This document shows, piece after piece, positions 38,290 through 50,101 of a stretch of DNA of 64,000 nt. Below the pieces are notes generated by a model. That model was not told where the DNA came from. It saw nothing but the letters and a program-made list of their open reading frames with translations, and searched no databases. Both the position numbers and the translations under genes were made by a program. How positions within the stretch are numbered: the stretch's first letter is position 1; each line of letters starts with the position of its first letter. This DNA is from Oopsacas minuta (taxonomy: Eukaryota > Animalia > Porifera): the NCBI GenBank assembly GCA_024704765.1, contig JAKMXF010000337.1, positions 1 through 64,000 of the forward strand. Direction: 5' to 3'.

Positions 38290-39331
38290 TGGTCAAAAAC
38301 ACCCGATTCAGACAAGAAATATAGCAATAGGGATGCTTAAAGGTCGGATGACACAGAGTTGCGTTTCTAAGGAGATTGGTGAAAAAAATTCGCACGATAC
38401 GCATGTGGTGGGAAAACCATATGAAGGGAATAGCTGATGATAGTACATCGGGTCGTGGACAGAAGAAATCACTCCCAAAGTCGCCAAATTACCATATCCA
38501 AGTTACTCAACAAAAAGCAACAGTCCACAAAGAAATTGAAATAAAGGCTGAAAAGGAATAGTATAACAGCATCTCATATGACGGTTTAACGGTATTTAAA
38601 GACAATTATCGGAGCTAGAAGCAACAAGAGACCTATTATGCCCAGATTATCCCCGAAACAAAAGGAATATCGATTGACCTTCTGCAAAGACAGACTCAAA
38701 TGGACAGTTGAAGACTGGCGACGTGTCCTTTTTCCGACAAGTCTCCTTTCGAAGCTTTTCATACACCAAATAGGCAAAATCACTGGATTTTGGCACGAGA
38801 TAGAACCTCCATAACTCCTCACGAGAAAGTGAAATTACCATCAACATTACATATCTGGGGATTAATGTCATACACTGCGCTCTCAGATCTCCACATAATC
38901 CCTCAGGGACATACAGGTACTGCAGAATATTGCATAGAAGAAATTCTTAATCGTTCACTGATGTTCTCTATCAGATGGAAACGAAAAACAGGATCAGTTT
39001 TGACAAGAAAACTTTGCCGAACATTTCCGGGTACATTTTCCAACAAGATGGAGCCCCTGCTCACCATGCGACAAGGACACAGATTGGTGCAAAGAACATC
39101 TGAAAGCATTCTGGGAGAAAGGTATCTGGCCTGGCAACTCCCCAGACTTGAACCCAATAGAAAATTTGTGGGCTATTGTGCAAGCAGCGTCGATTGTATG
39201 GATGAGTCAACCAAGCTAAAAGTGCTTGAAAAACATCGGAAATTTGCATGTTCGCAGATAACCTTCTTCGTAGTATGCCTGAAAGGGTTAAAACATGTGT
39301 TGAACATAATGGTGGATATATAGGGAAGTGA
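38290..39331 (+). pseudogene. DD37E transposase pseudogene (element B)
   Basis: SGRG, VLFSDKSPF, NRQN, LHIWG, FQQDGAPAH and WPGNSPDLNPIENLW; D-37-E spacing after one frameshift repair. Confidence 0.85.
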
Positions 39332-39394
39332 TTAATGAACTACGCTTTTCCAACAGAAAATTATAATTACAAATTTGATAGGGCATCAATTTTG

Positions 39395-42300
39395 GGTACA
39401 ATTATAGAAAATTACACCCCCCAACTTTTTGCAAGATGGTAAAAATCGCTATATGAGCCGTTATAGAGCATGTTGAGAGATGAAGATTGAGCTAGAGATT
39501 TCTAAAATCGGTCAAGAAACAAAAAAGTTACACCAATTCTAGCTTATAAGCCAAAGTCTATGGGGAAAATTGCAACTTCATTGAAGCCAAATATATTACA
39601 ATAATAGTGTTGCAAATAGCATAGTAGTGTGCATACAATATTACAACATACGTAATTAGCATTCCAATGTTTAAGTAATTTATGTTACCTATTAATCATT
39701 CTCTTAAATCTCCAAGTAAATAGACATATTTAGTAAACATACAATCTGCACTAATAATATTCAGTTAATTAATTACATATCAAGAGATTATTTAGTAACT
39801 ACTTGAACTTTAAATGGAGACAGTTGTTAGTTCCATTCCTCGGGTACCACATCTTCTAATAATCTCCAGCGATTCTTTTTCGTTTGATTAATGTAAAGCC
39901 CACTATGCACAATGCAACTATGTTGTACCGTGTATTATGGGATGGTATACACAAAATTTTGCATCGTGGGTATTGATCGTTGCATGCCAAAATGTTGCAC
40001 ATAAATATTGTTGCATGTGTAGGGGGTTTAAAACAAAGCTTTCAATGAAATTTTAGAAATTTATCAAATCATACATAACACAGGACATCTTTTATACTTG
40101 CATGAAACTTCTATTGCAACCGATTTGCCTGAAACTGTATTTCATGGTATGCATATTTTTGGTTGTTTGTCTGGAATTGATTGAGAACTTATAAGAACTG
40201 ATGACTTTATTTTGCATGGGGTTGTGGGATACTCTATCTAGCAACTTTAGGGATAACTAATGTAAGAGTTTCTTTGTGAATCAATTCAAATTGTATTAGT
40301 AAAATACAGTATTGGGTTCACTAATTAAGGCCCAAAATTCGAGCAAAATTCCCATGTAAGGAAACTGGAATTAGGGCGAAAATTATTCATTACTCCAGTA
40401 ACAAGCAGCCTTATAACAAAGTCCGTTAAAGCCTCTGCGTCTTACAGTTCGGGGCTGCTTGCTACTGGACCCCCTGAATTGTAGGACAAGGAGGCTTTCA
40501 CGTACTTGGTTATACGACTGTTTGCTATTAGAGTAAGTATAATTTTCGGACTTAGTCATGTTTCAAAATATAGAGCAATACAAAAGGTTAAATTCAATAT
40601 TATAATCTATAGGAAAGACAAAGAACCTACACGAATGAGTGAATATACCCTTCAGTGAATTATAATAAATAAAAATGAACCGCTTTTAGCATATTCTAAG
40701 TATTCCTTTACAAGTTAGAGATGGTTATCTGCCATGCGTGGTGGAACAAACTCAAAACATCATAAAATAATGAATTATAATGGGCTGTTGATGAATTATA
40801 TTGTTCATCATACGAATTATTTGCACTTGTATAGTTTTTAATATTTTTAAATGGATTATGTATACTTTTTCTTGCATGTTAATGTAGTATGGCTTTTTCA
40901 TGGTTGAAAAAGTAACAATTGATTTTTCTATCCGAGTGATAAAAAGCAAATCAATAGTGTGGATCATCTCCAAGTAGACAAATCTAACCAATCTCTATAA
41001 ATATATAAACATTTTATTCGATATCAGAAATACAATTGCATATCATTTCAAACTTATATTTTTCACGATTGTCGCAATTTTCATGGCTACTCCCGTATTT
41101 AGACCTGTAATGATGCCTACATCCTTTCCGTTCGTCGATGAGATTGGATTGAAGGAATTATTCTTAAGGATAACCATCAATCGTGACAATTGTATCGATT
41201 GGTTGAGGGTTCACAGATTATTAGCAAGATGTATGAGATGTAAATGTGAGGCAAACATGTCGGAAGGCGTATTTTCTAAGGCGCACGAAGGGAGAGGTTG
41301 GAGATGTCCTGAAAAGGGTTGCAAGAAATTTGCCCCCTACGAGTAGGATCATTCTTTGAGGGATCCAATATTCCTCTTACTCAGTTGGTGGAATTTTTGT
41401 ATTTTTGGGCAGAAGGACTACAAAGTACAAATTTCTTAACCCTGAATCTTAAGTGCTCTCAAAACACCATCACGGATTGGAAAAATTTCTTGAAGCATAT
41501 CTGTGTGGAGAAGTACCTCTCTAATCCCGAACCAATCGGAGGGCATGGGCACATCGTTGAGATCGATGAAAGCAATTTTGGGAAAAGAAAGTACCATCGA
41601 GGAAGACAACTATCAGAAAAATGGGTGTTTGGTGGGAGTGATAGAGTGACCAAAGAAGCTTTCATGGTCACAGTTGAAGATAGATCAGCTTCTACATTGA
41701 TTCCCATTATAGAACAATATATCAAATCGGGTACTATTATTCAAAGCGATGAATGGGCTTCATACAATCTTATTCCACCAGCTACGTTCACCCATTTGAC
41801 TGTTAATCACAGTATCCAGTTTGTGGTCCCTGGAACAGAGATTCACACACAAACAATAGAAAGCACTTGGGGTCAAGCCAAGAAAAAGATGAGAAATTCC
41901 ATGACCACCAACCCCGAGCTCCTGGATACATACCTCGCTGAATATTGCTGGAGAAAGAAATATGGTGACAATCCATTTCACAACTTAATAATAGAAATAA
42001 GAAACCAATATACTGCTACTTAGATACAATCTCTTGCATGCTAATTACTAGTTTTTCATAGTTGCTAGATATTTACATGAGAATCAAAATAATTCTAATT
42101 GTTCAAACAGTGGAACCAGCCATGGGCTCAAACCATTTAAAAGTAGTTTACTTGACAATATTACACAGTTATTATTTGATAGTGTTCCAAATTTGCTCCG
42201 TTAATAACGAGTAGAATGGCATTGTTTACTGTATATCACACAATAAAGATCCTGTTGTTGGTGAAATGACAGGCGAAAATCTGTTTGAAATTTACATAGA

Positions 42301-42746
42301 TTTGTTGGTAAAATGCAGCATTCTCAATTATACTCAATTCAATACTTATATTTTCATTCTATAGTTATAATTATTAAATAATAGAAAAATATTGCAGATT
42401 GTATGTTTACTAAATATGTCTATTTACTTGGAGATTTAAGAGAATGATTAATAGGTAACATAAATTACTTAAACATTGGAATGCTAATTACGTATGTTGT
42501 AATATTGTATGCACACTACTATGCTATTTGCAACACTATTATTGTAATATATTTGGCTTCAATGAAGTTGCAATTTTCCCCATAGACTTTGGCTTATAAG
42601 CTAGAATTGGTGTAACTTTTTTGTTTCTTGACCGATTTTAGAAATCTCTAGCTCAATCTTCATCTCTCAACATGCTCTATAACGGCTCATATAGCGATTT
42701 TTACCATCTTGCAAAAAGCTCGGGGTGTAATTTCTATAATTGTACC
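39395..42746 (+). mobile_element. Merlin (IS1595/ISXO2-like) element C, 3352 bp
   Basis: ~355-bp near-identical TIRs (39395-39750 and 42393-42746) starting GGTACAATT; exact 8-bp TSD CAATTTTG at 39387-39394 and 42747-42754. Confidence 0.95.
41083..42023 (+). pseudogene. Merlin transposase with one frameshift (~41335)
   Basis: N-terminal CKC...CPEKGC zinc motif; IVEIDESNFGKRKYHRGR, WVFGG, SDEWASY, VNHS, HTQTIESTW and YLAEYCWR. Confidence 0.9.
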
Positions 42747-44305
42747 CAATTTTGTTACACCCTGCACTGCATTTGCTTAGATCATTAATACACATAGGAA
42801 GTCATATCGTCACACTTGTTATAGTTTCCATTGCAACTTGTTTCAACAAATACTTAAATTTAGGGACTTCTTTGTAGTTAACCTACACACAAAAAGAGTT
42901 GATGTACATTGCTTGTTGTGTAATATCACAGATGATTAATATTATAGTATATATATACCACTCTCATTATATCAAATTTCTGTTGTACCGATAATAATGT
43001 TAGTGTAGAAAATTGGTTTAGAATTGTGAATCATGACATATATAATTCAGATGACCAATTGAGAGCAGCAGATTTCGTAAGAACTACATATGTAAAGATT
43101 GATTGTAGGATTGCTGCTTTTAAATTCGCTTTCACCCCGTTTACGCACAAAATATTCAAACTAAAGAGAAAATTAATAGTTGAAAATGAAGAAGATTGTA
43201 ATGAGGAGTGGTCTAGAAGGAAGAAGAGTAAAAGAAGTTATATTAACTGATCTAAAGATATGGTTAGTAGCGTTTTCGAAAGTATATTACCGAATAAAGA
43301 AGTTGTAAAATGTCCGTGTTTAGTAAATCCACAAAGTATTAATAATTCTAGTTTGCCTATCAGTATTCAATTGAAAATAATGGGGTACTTGATAGTAAAA
43401 TACTATTTTAACAATTTTAGAAATAATTACAGAATTAGATGTCATAGAATTAGTTTGTTTAGATCATAAGTTACATAGATTTAATCCCCTTACTTATAGG
43501 AACATAAGGTATTATGTAAAAGATTATCTTGAAATTTATATAATTCAATAAATTGTTCTAGAAGTCCTGAAATTCAAATCTAAGAAATTATATTCCATCT
43601 AAGATGCTGCATGTTCCCAGAGATGGAAATTGTTTATTTTCTTCTCTCTCATATTGTCTCACAGGGAGTATTGATAATTTGAAGGACGAATGTAACAAGT
43701 GTATTTGTAACAAATTTCCACGATCTGTGATTAATTATCGGAATGTTAATGATTACATGATTAAATCTTTTTGAATGTCCCAAGTAATTTACATAAACGT
43801 CCATATCTCCTAAATATAGGACGGAATTTCAAAATCGAAGTTGAAATATTGACGGTTATTTCGATTGAAGGTGTATACTTAGTCGAATTCTAGGTTAACT
43901 TCACACTCGTAAACCAATATCAAGGTTATTAAATTTGGGTAATCGGACACTGTCGCCGGGCATTAAGTCGTGGACATTTAGTCGCCTGGACATTTAGTCA
44001 TCAGACAAGGTGGAGAAGCTGAGCATTTGAGTAGACTAAATGGATGCAGTGAAAATTTTTGATATGATTGTAGAAGGACCTGAAGGCTGTGAGTTGCGCT
44101 TGAGTATTTAGAACAGACTAAGAAGATGCTAGAAAATGGATTTTGACAGTATTATCTAGCGTCGCTTTGTTCAAGATGGAGAAGCTGAATTTTAATTCTT
44201 GTCGCAAATTATGACAATAGAGAAACTGTCTACTTTTTAAGAGGCATAGCACACAACTTTCAATTTAAACTATGCATATAATAGCTCTTACATAATATAA
44301 TACAC

Positions 44306-47300
44306 CGTGACCTACGTTATAATAAGGCCTGTTCACTAGTGCGATTTTTTGGACCATGGATGTCGTTTAAGTCCATTAAATTTTATTTCAAATAATCATG
44401 TATTTGATGTTACTCACCCAAATCGTGAACTTAAAAATTGTTCTTAGGCGATTTTAAAGACCATGGATGTCGTTGAAGGCTTGTACAAAAGTATTTCTTA
44501 GAAACCCATAATATTTATATTAATTTATGAATTAACCTTTTTGTTACATTCAATTTATTGAAACAATCCATTTACGTACTCACTACCCGTTGTACCTTGT
44601 CCTCTTGTACTTTTATCCTAAGTTGTTTAGACAACTTAGCTTTTATCTCTGTAATGCCGCTCTCCACCCTGTTCTATCAGTTATGTGCATTTCTTTAATC
44701 TACCTCTCGATTTCTCCTTTTTATAGTTTCAATTAGCATGTCATGCCCAACAGGTGTTCTGCCCCCGGATGTCGGAGTAATTACGCAGGAGAACCTTATA
44801 CTCCAGTCTTTAAGTTGCCAAATGGTCCACCTGATCTTGTCAATCGTTGGCATCGAGCGCTCTCTAGAGAAGGTATCAGAGACTTAAAGAATGTGTTTGT
44901 GTGCTCAAAACATTTCCTCGACGAAGAAATTCAGACCAGTTTTTCTATCCATCAACTAGATGGAACATACTTAGAAGTACCAGCTAAGCCTAAATTGCAG
45001 AAGGATGCAGTGCCAAGATTTCTACCTGGATGTCCACTTCATTTCTCTTCGTCATCTGACACCATACCTCCGAGATTTGATAGATCTTTGAGAGAACAGC
45101 ATTTGATTGATACTACAATAAATGAGAGTCTATTACAGTATAACCAAGACAAAGAACTTTTTCAGATTACCACACTGGAAGACTTGGTATCCAAAACGAA
45201 GCACTCGGGTTTGCCTAATCATTGGTTAGTTTGGTCTTCTGATGATAATTCCTTTAATTTACTCAAACCTTCTATAACGAATAACAGTTTGATTGCAATT
45301 AGATGCTCGTTAACTATTACCGAAACATTACATACTATGGGTTTCTACGAAGGTATACGCATTCCTCTTTCTCTCACTCAGATAAATGATATTCGTCAAC
45401 TTAACAATTTGCTTAAAGAAATTGAAAACCATTCTGCCCCTACTAATTCTCCTGAAACATTCCAACACCATGTCAGAGAAGCAACCGGAAGCATTCGTAA
45501 AGCTATAGACTCCCTTTCAACTGGAGAAGAATCTGGAAACCAACAGCCTCTATTATCAAGTCTTCAGTTTATTCTATGCCAATTGGATAACGCTTTGATC
45601 GCGAAAACTATGAGGCGATACAACATCGAAACTCTTGTCTTGTCCCTCAAATGCCAGCTTATCTCGCCAGTTTGTTATGGATATCTTCAATCCCTGGACT
45701 GTCTATCATTGCCGCACCTTTCTACTCTAAAGCGCTTATATTCTAATTTTGGTTTGGATTCTGAGTTTACCAACTATCTCAAACAATCAGTCACTCAGTT
45801 TAACAAATGGGAACGAAATGTAGTGATTCAGATGGATGAAATTCATGTAAAATCCACATTTACATACAAAGGAGGTAAAATAATTGGATCTTCTTTGAAT
45901 CCTACTGGTCCTGCAAAAACCGTTTTTGCCTTCATGATATCAAGTTTGTCCAAACGATGGTCCAGTATTGTCTGTTTACTGCCCTGTTCCAGCTCATCTG
46001 CTGAGGTACTCTTTCCTATCATCAAAGATGTTATTCGTGATGTTGAAGCATGTGGACTCTCTGTACACGTTTTATGTACTGATAATTACCCGATGAACGT
46101 TAACATTTTCAAGTTATTTTCTCCCAGCCGACTTCTAGAGCATATTATTCCTCACCCTATGGACTCAAACCGGCCATTGTTTTTGCTTAGTGACTTCGTT
46201 CATATAATCAAATCGATACGTAATAACTGGCTAAACCAAATAGATTATAATAAAACATTCACTTATCCAGATTTTGAGAACATACAAGTTGCGAGCACTG
46301 CAGTTTTCGAAGAAATTCGCAAATTATATAAAAGTGACCAACACTCTGTTGCTAAATTAGCTCCAAGATTAACCTCTAAAGCTTGTTGGCCTTCCACTTT
46401 AGAACGACAAAATGTTTCTTTAGCTTTAAGGATATTTGATGAATCTACAGCCGCTGCATTAAACGTTAGCTACCAATCGCGATACCACACTTCTACAAAT
46501 TCACAGACTGCAGACTTTATTACCATTATTTGTAATGTTTGGAAGATATTCAACATCAATACTCCGAACAAGGGTATCCTTCACAAAGATGAATTTTCAG
46601 TTCCACTTACCTACAATGATACCAGATTTATGTTCCTTCAATGTGTAGTTGATTGGTCTGAATGTTGGCGAGTCATGCCTGACAAAAGAGGTAAATTAAG
46701 TCCTCAAACCTTTACAAGTTTCCGTCACTCTTGTATTGCACTCCCGTCATTGTAAACCATCTGACTGGAAATTGTGGCTATTCGTACGTCCTTTCTTCGT
46801 TCTTGCAAAATGATCCACTTGAGCATCATTTTGACTTGTATAGGATGATGTCAGGAGCACAATACCACATTAGCTATTGCCAGGTCCTTGAAACAGAACG
46901 GAGAATAAAGTTGTCCAGCATACTCAAATTATTTTCGAAAAAGCCTGTAGAAGATAGCATATCACTTAAGAACTTAGAATCGTGCTCATCCTCTTGTGAC
47001 CAAGACTCCCATGTGTCTTTCAGCCTGGAGATGTATCTCTCGGCGATTCAGGGATAGAATTAAACAAGCAAATACTCCAATCACTCTCCTTTATAGCAGG
47101 CTACTCAGTGCATGCCTATTACAAACATTCTACTAAATGTCAATCATGTCTCTTATTCCTCACTGAAAACAAAGAAATGGAAATTGAAGAACCTTCAGGT
47201 TCTGAATATCGATTAATTCAGATAATCGACCGAGGCTCACTAAAATGGCCAAGTAGTGATGTCATAGACGCAATTATTACGCTATGGAAAGTATTCTCTT

Positions 47301-47918
47301 CTATCGAGAGTCAACCAAGCATATTCAATAACTTTATAACCGGTCCTTCTAGAAGTATCCTGATACAGTTAACAACAAGTCTTATAGAAGATGAACAAGC
47401 TGAAGTATGGAGAGTGATGTGTGACGAATGTGGTATACTCATGTGGGATGTATTAGCTAAACTATTGACTGCTACTTCAAACTGTCTTATATCAAATATG
47501 ATAAAGAACATGAATTCCCAGCTACCCTTGAAACCGTGTGTCGAAAATACTCGAAAATTAAAGAAATTGAAGCCTAATTAACTTATCACATACCACTTTA
47601 ATATACGTATCTTTTATTATTTTGTACTATTATCAGGCACTCACTATTTGAAATATGCTTAGTATTAAACCCAATAATATTTTATCTCATGGATTCACAT
47701 TTTAGTTAATTTTCTCTAACTATAACATTTATTGTAAAAATAAGGACTTAAATGCATCCATGGTCTTCAAAATCGCTTGAGAACAATTTTTAAGTTCACG
47801 ATTTGGGTGAATAACATCAAATACATGATTATTTGAAGTAAAATTTAATGGACTTAAACGACATCCATGGTCCAAAAAATCGCACTAGTGAACAGGCCTT
47901 ATTATAACGTAGGTCACG
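44306..47918 (+). mobile_element. P-superfamily element, 3613 bp
   Basis: 164-bp TIRs (44306-44469 and 47755-47918) beginning CGTGACCTACGTTATAATAAGGCC; 7-bp TSD AATACAC on both sides. Confidence 0.92.
44743..47581 (+). pseudogene. THAP-domain P-element transposase; 670-aa intact ORF followed by frameshifted C-terminal segments
   Basis: THAP motif CSAPGC...W...VCSKHF...AVP; QMDEIHV, CTDNY, SDFVHIIKSIRNNW; QNDPLEHHF in the next frame; terminal IAGY..CQSC..RGSLKWPS..CDEC. Confidence 0.9.
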
Positions 47919-50101
47919 AATACACTTATTTATGTCTTTCATTTAATACAGCATATATTAAAATTTGTGACCGTTGTATTATTTAATACTTCCGGAATAT
48001 ACTTATCGACTAATATCCTGACTAAATGTCAGGCGACGAAATGTCCGGCGACAAAGTCTCCACCATTCTTAATTTTATGTCAATAAATTCACCAGGTTAT
48101 GTTTAATAAGTATTAGAGGAAGTTCAAATTATTAGTGTACCTGGTTACGAAAGTAGACACAAAACCGATTTAGAACATAGAATTGGTTGAACTTGAGTAT
48201 ACATTTCCTAGATTCCAACCCATTACTTATGGGACGAAAGTTATTTATGAAAGATTAAAAATAAAATTGTATAATTCACTAGATTTTCTAGATATTAAAT
48301 AAAACAGAATTCAGGTAATTTTTCATCGTGTTCATTATTTCTTATGGCAAGTTTGAATGGAGAGAGCTGATGTTATCGATGTACACTACATCGGCGGATG
48401 TAATTCTCATCCCATATTTTACTATTTCGTTTGCTGTAAATATTTATATATATGTAGAAATAAGGTATCTTGTACAAAGTACAGGACAAAATTTGGCATA
48501 GGGGAACCAGTTGCAGGATCTCATGATTAGAGGATGGGATATTACATTTTCTGAGATGTTAGACAGTTCAAGAAATCATACAGGGCTATATATGTTTCTG
48601 ATTGTGTGATATAATCAGACACGAAGAGGAAATTTCATACAGTATAAATTGGAATCATTCAATGCAGAATTTATCTGATATTTGTATATCGCTTTGGTGA
48701 TAAATGGTAGAATAGCTCTGAATACTGTCTCTAAATTTATCTCTTTAAACCATCTAGAGGAAGAAATTCTATAAAATGAGAGTGGCATATACACTATAAT
48801 ATTAATTATCTATGTTATTACACAAGTAATCTATATCAACCCGTTTTGTATGTACTAATGATGTAAGTGAGTGTTGCATAGTCTTACAAGGATAGTCTAT
48901 GCAATAATTACCATATTAAATCGCTACAAATATAGTGAAACAACTGAGGAAAATTGAGAAAAAACAAATAAATATAAAATCATAGAAAAAGTACTAGCGA
49001 CCCCATGTTTTACCTAAGGAAATTGAATTATAAGTTACAAAAGAAAGTATCCATAAATTTTGAAAGGCTTGTGATGAGAGCAAGCTTCAAGAATTGATCT
49101 CAAAGTTAAATTCGTAATACCCAAAAATTTGAGAATTTATTGATTTTTGCAGGCCGTTGACGGTGAAAATTTTTAGTGTTTCACGAAAAATCACTAGTAT
49201 TATAAACGTCTATAACATGGATTAGCACAAAAATAATTGAAATTCAGTTGGATTTAGGGTAAGAAACATGAGTTTGAACAGTCCCTACTTTGTGTACAAT
49301 ATGATTTATTCCCTACCACTCCCACTCCCGAGGTAAATTATGAATTCCTCTAGATCCGCGAGTTGTTAATAAAATGTAAAAAATTGAGATTTCTTAATGA
49401 TCGAGGCAGTAAGTGCCTTAATGAATTACAACGGGTGGTAGCACCTCAAATGTCACCATAGTAAGCTATTAAATATAATTCGCTTAGCGAACAAAAGTAC
49501 TTTAGAAAGTTAGCCATATGGAAGAGGACTAACTCCGGAACGAAGTGCTAAGTATACCTACTCTTGTCGTCCAGCGACCTAGCAAAGAAGCAGGATAGAT
49601 ATCATCAATTTTACTTCATCTAATTAATATATTTACAATGGAATTTTAGGAGTTGTGAAAGAAATAGAGAATATTTCTAGGGGCAACGGAGGAAAAACTT
49701 TCAGAATCACTCCTAAACGTAAATATTTAATAAGAGGATTCCAAATTACGTTATAATTTCCAGGTCGGGAGCATCCATCCATCCCCTCCCCTAGCCGTAG
49801 TGGTCAAAACATAACCCACCCCTCGCACGTGCACTTCAGGCTCCGAAATATAGGAGAAGGGCCAACAAATTTAGATTTCTGCGCTAGAAGTTCCTTCGTA
49901 AATTAATACCCATAATGACGAGATCCAAAATTACTTAAATATATGGAAACAGCTTCCTACACAATATTTCTTTTAATAATAACTATAGATAGAGCAAGTA
50001 ACCTTATAGTAATTGCGAAGAAACTGAACAATATATATGATAAATTGGTGAAATTATGTGGTACTAACATTGCTCATTTATGAATTGAATTAGTTGATCA
50101 A

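Larger units (their letters stand above)
36748..42764 (+). mobile_element. Tc1-family DD37E element (B) hosting two nested insertions
   Basis: Left TIR is (A)AGGGTGCAACAAAATTGATGCCCTAT after TA. The right TIR is restored as ATAGGGCATCAATTTTGTTACACCCTG when the Merlin and one TSD copy are removed. Confidence 0.85.
43938..48065. mobile_element. Possible non-autonomous TIR element with subterminal GACATTTAGTCG repeats, interrupted by the P element
   Basis: TGTCGCCGGGCATTAAGTCG...GACATTTAGTC near 43950 mirrors GACTAAATGTC..CCGGCGACA near 48020-48050. No TSD found; superfamily unassigned. Confidence 0.4.

Noticed and set aside
39896-40556. Small MITE-like inverted repeats inside Merlin C (~39896-40028 and ~40370-40556)
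   Set aside because: Arms are short and imperfect and TSDs could not be established, so they were not listed as features.
41083-42023. Bacterial IS1595/ISXO2 insertion or programmed frameshifting
   Set aside because: Long TIRs and context fit eukaryotic Merlin. The frameshifts in the two Merlins fall at different positions with no shared slippery site, so they look like decay.
49481-49500. Missing left TIR of the 3370-4260 Tc1
   Set aside because: 17/20 match but 45 kb away, not preceded by TA, and with no continuing similarity; an isolated fragment or chance.
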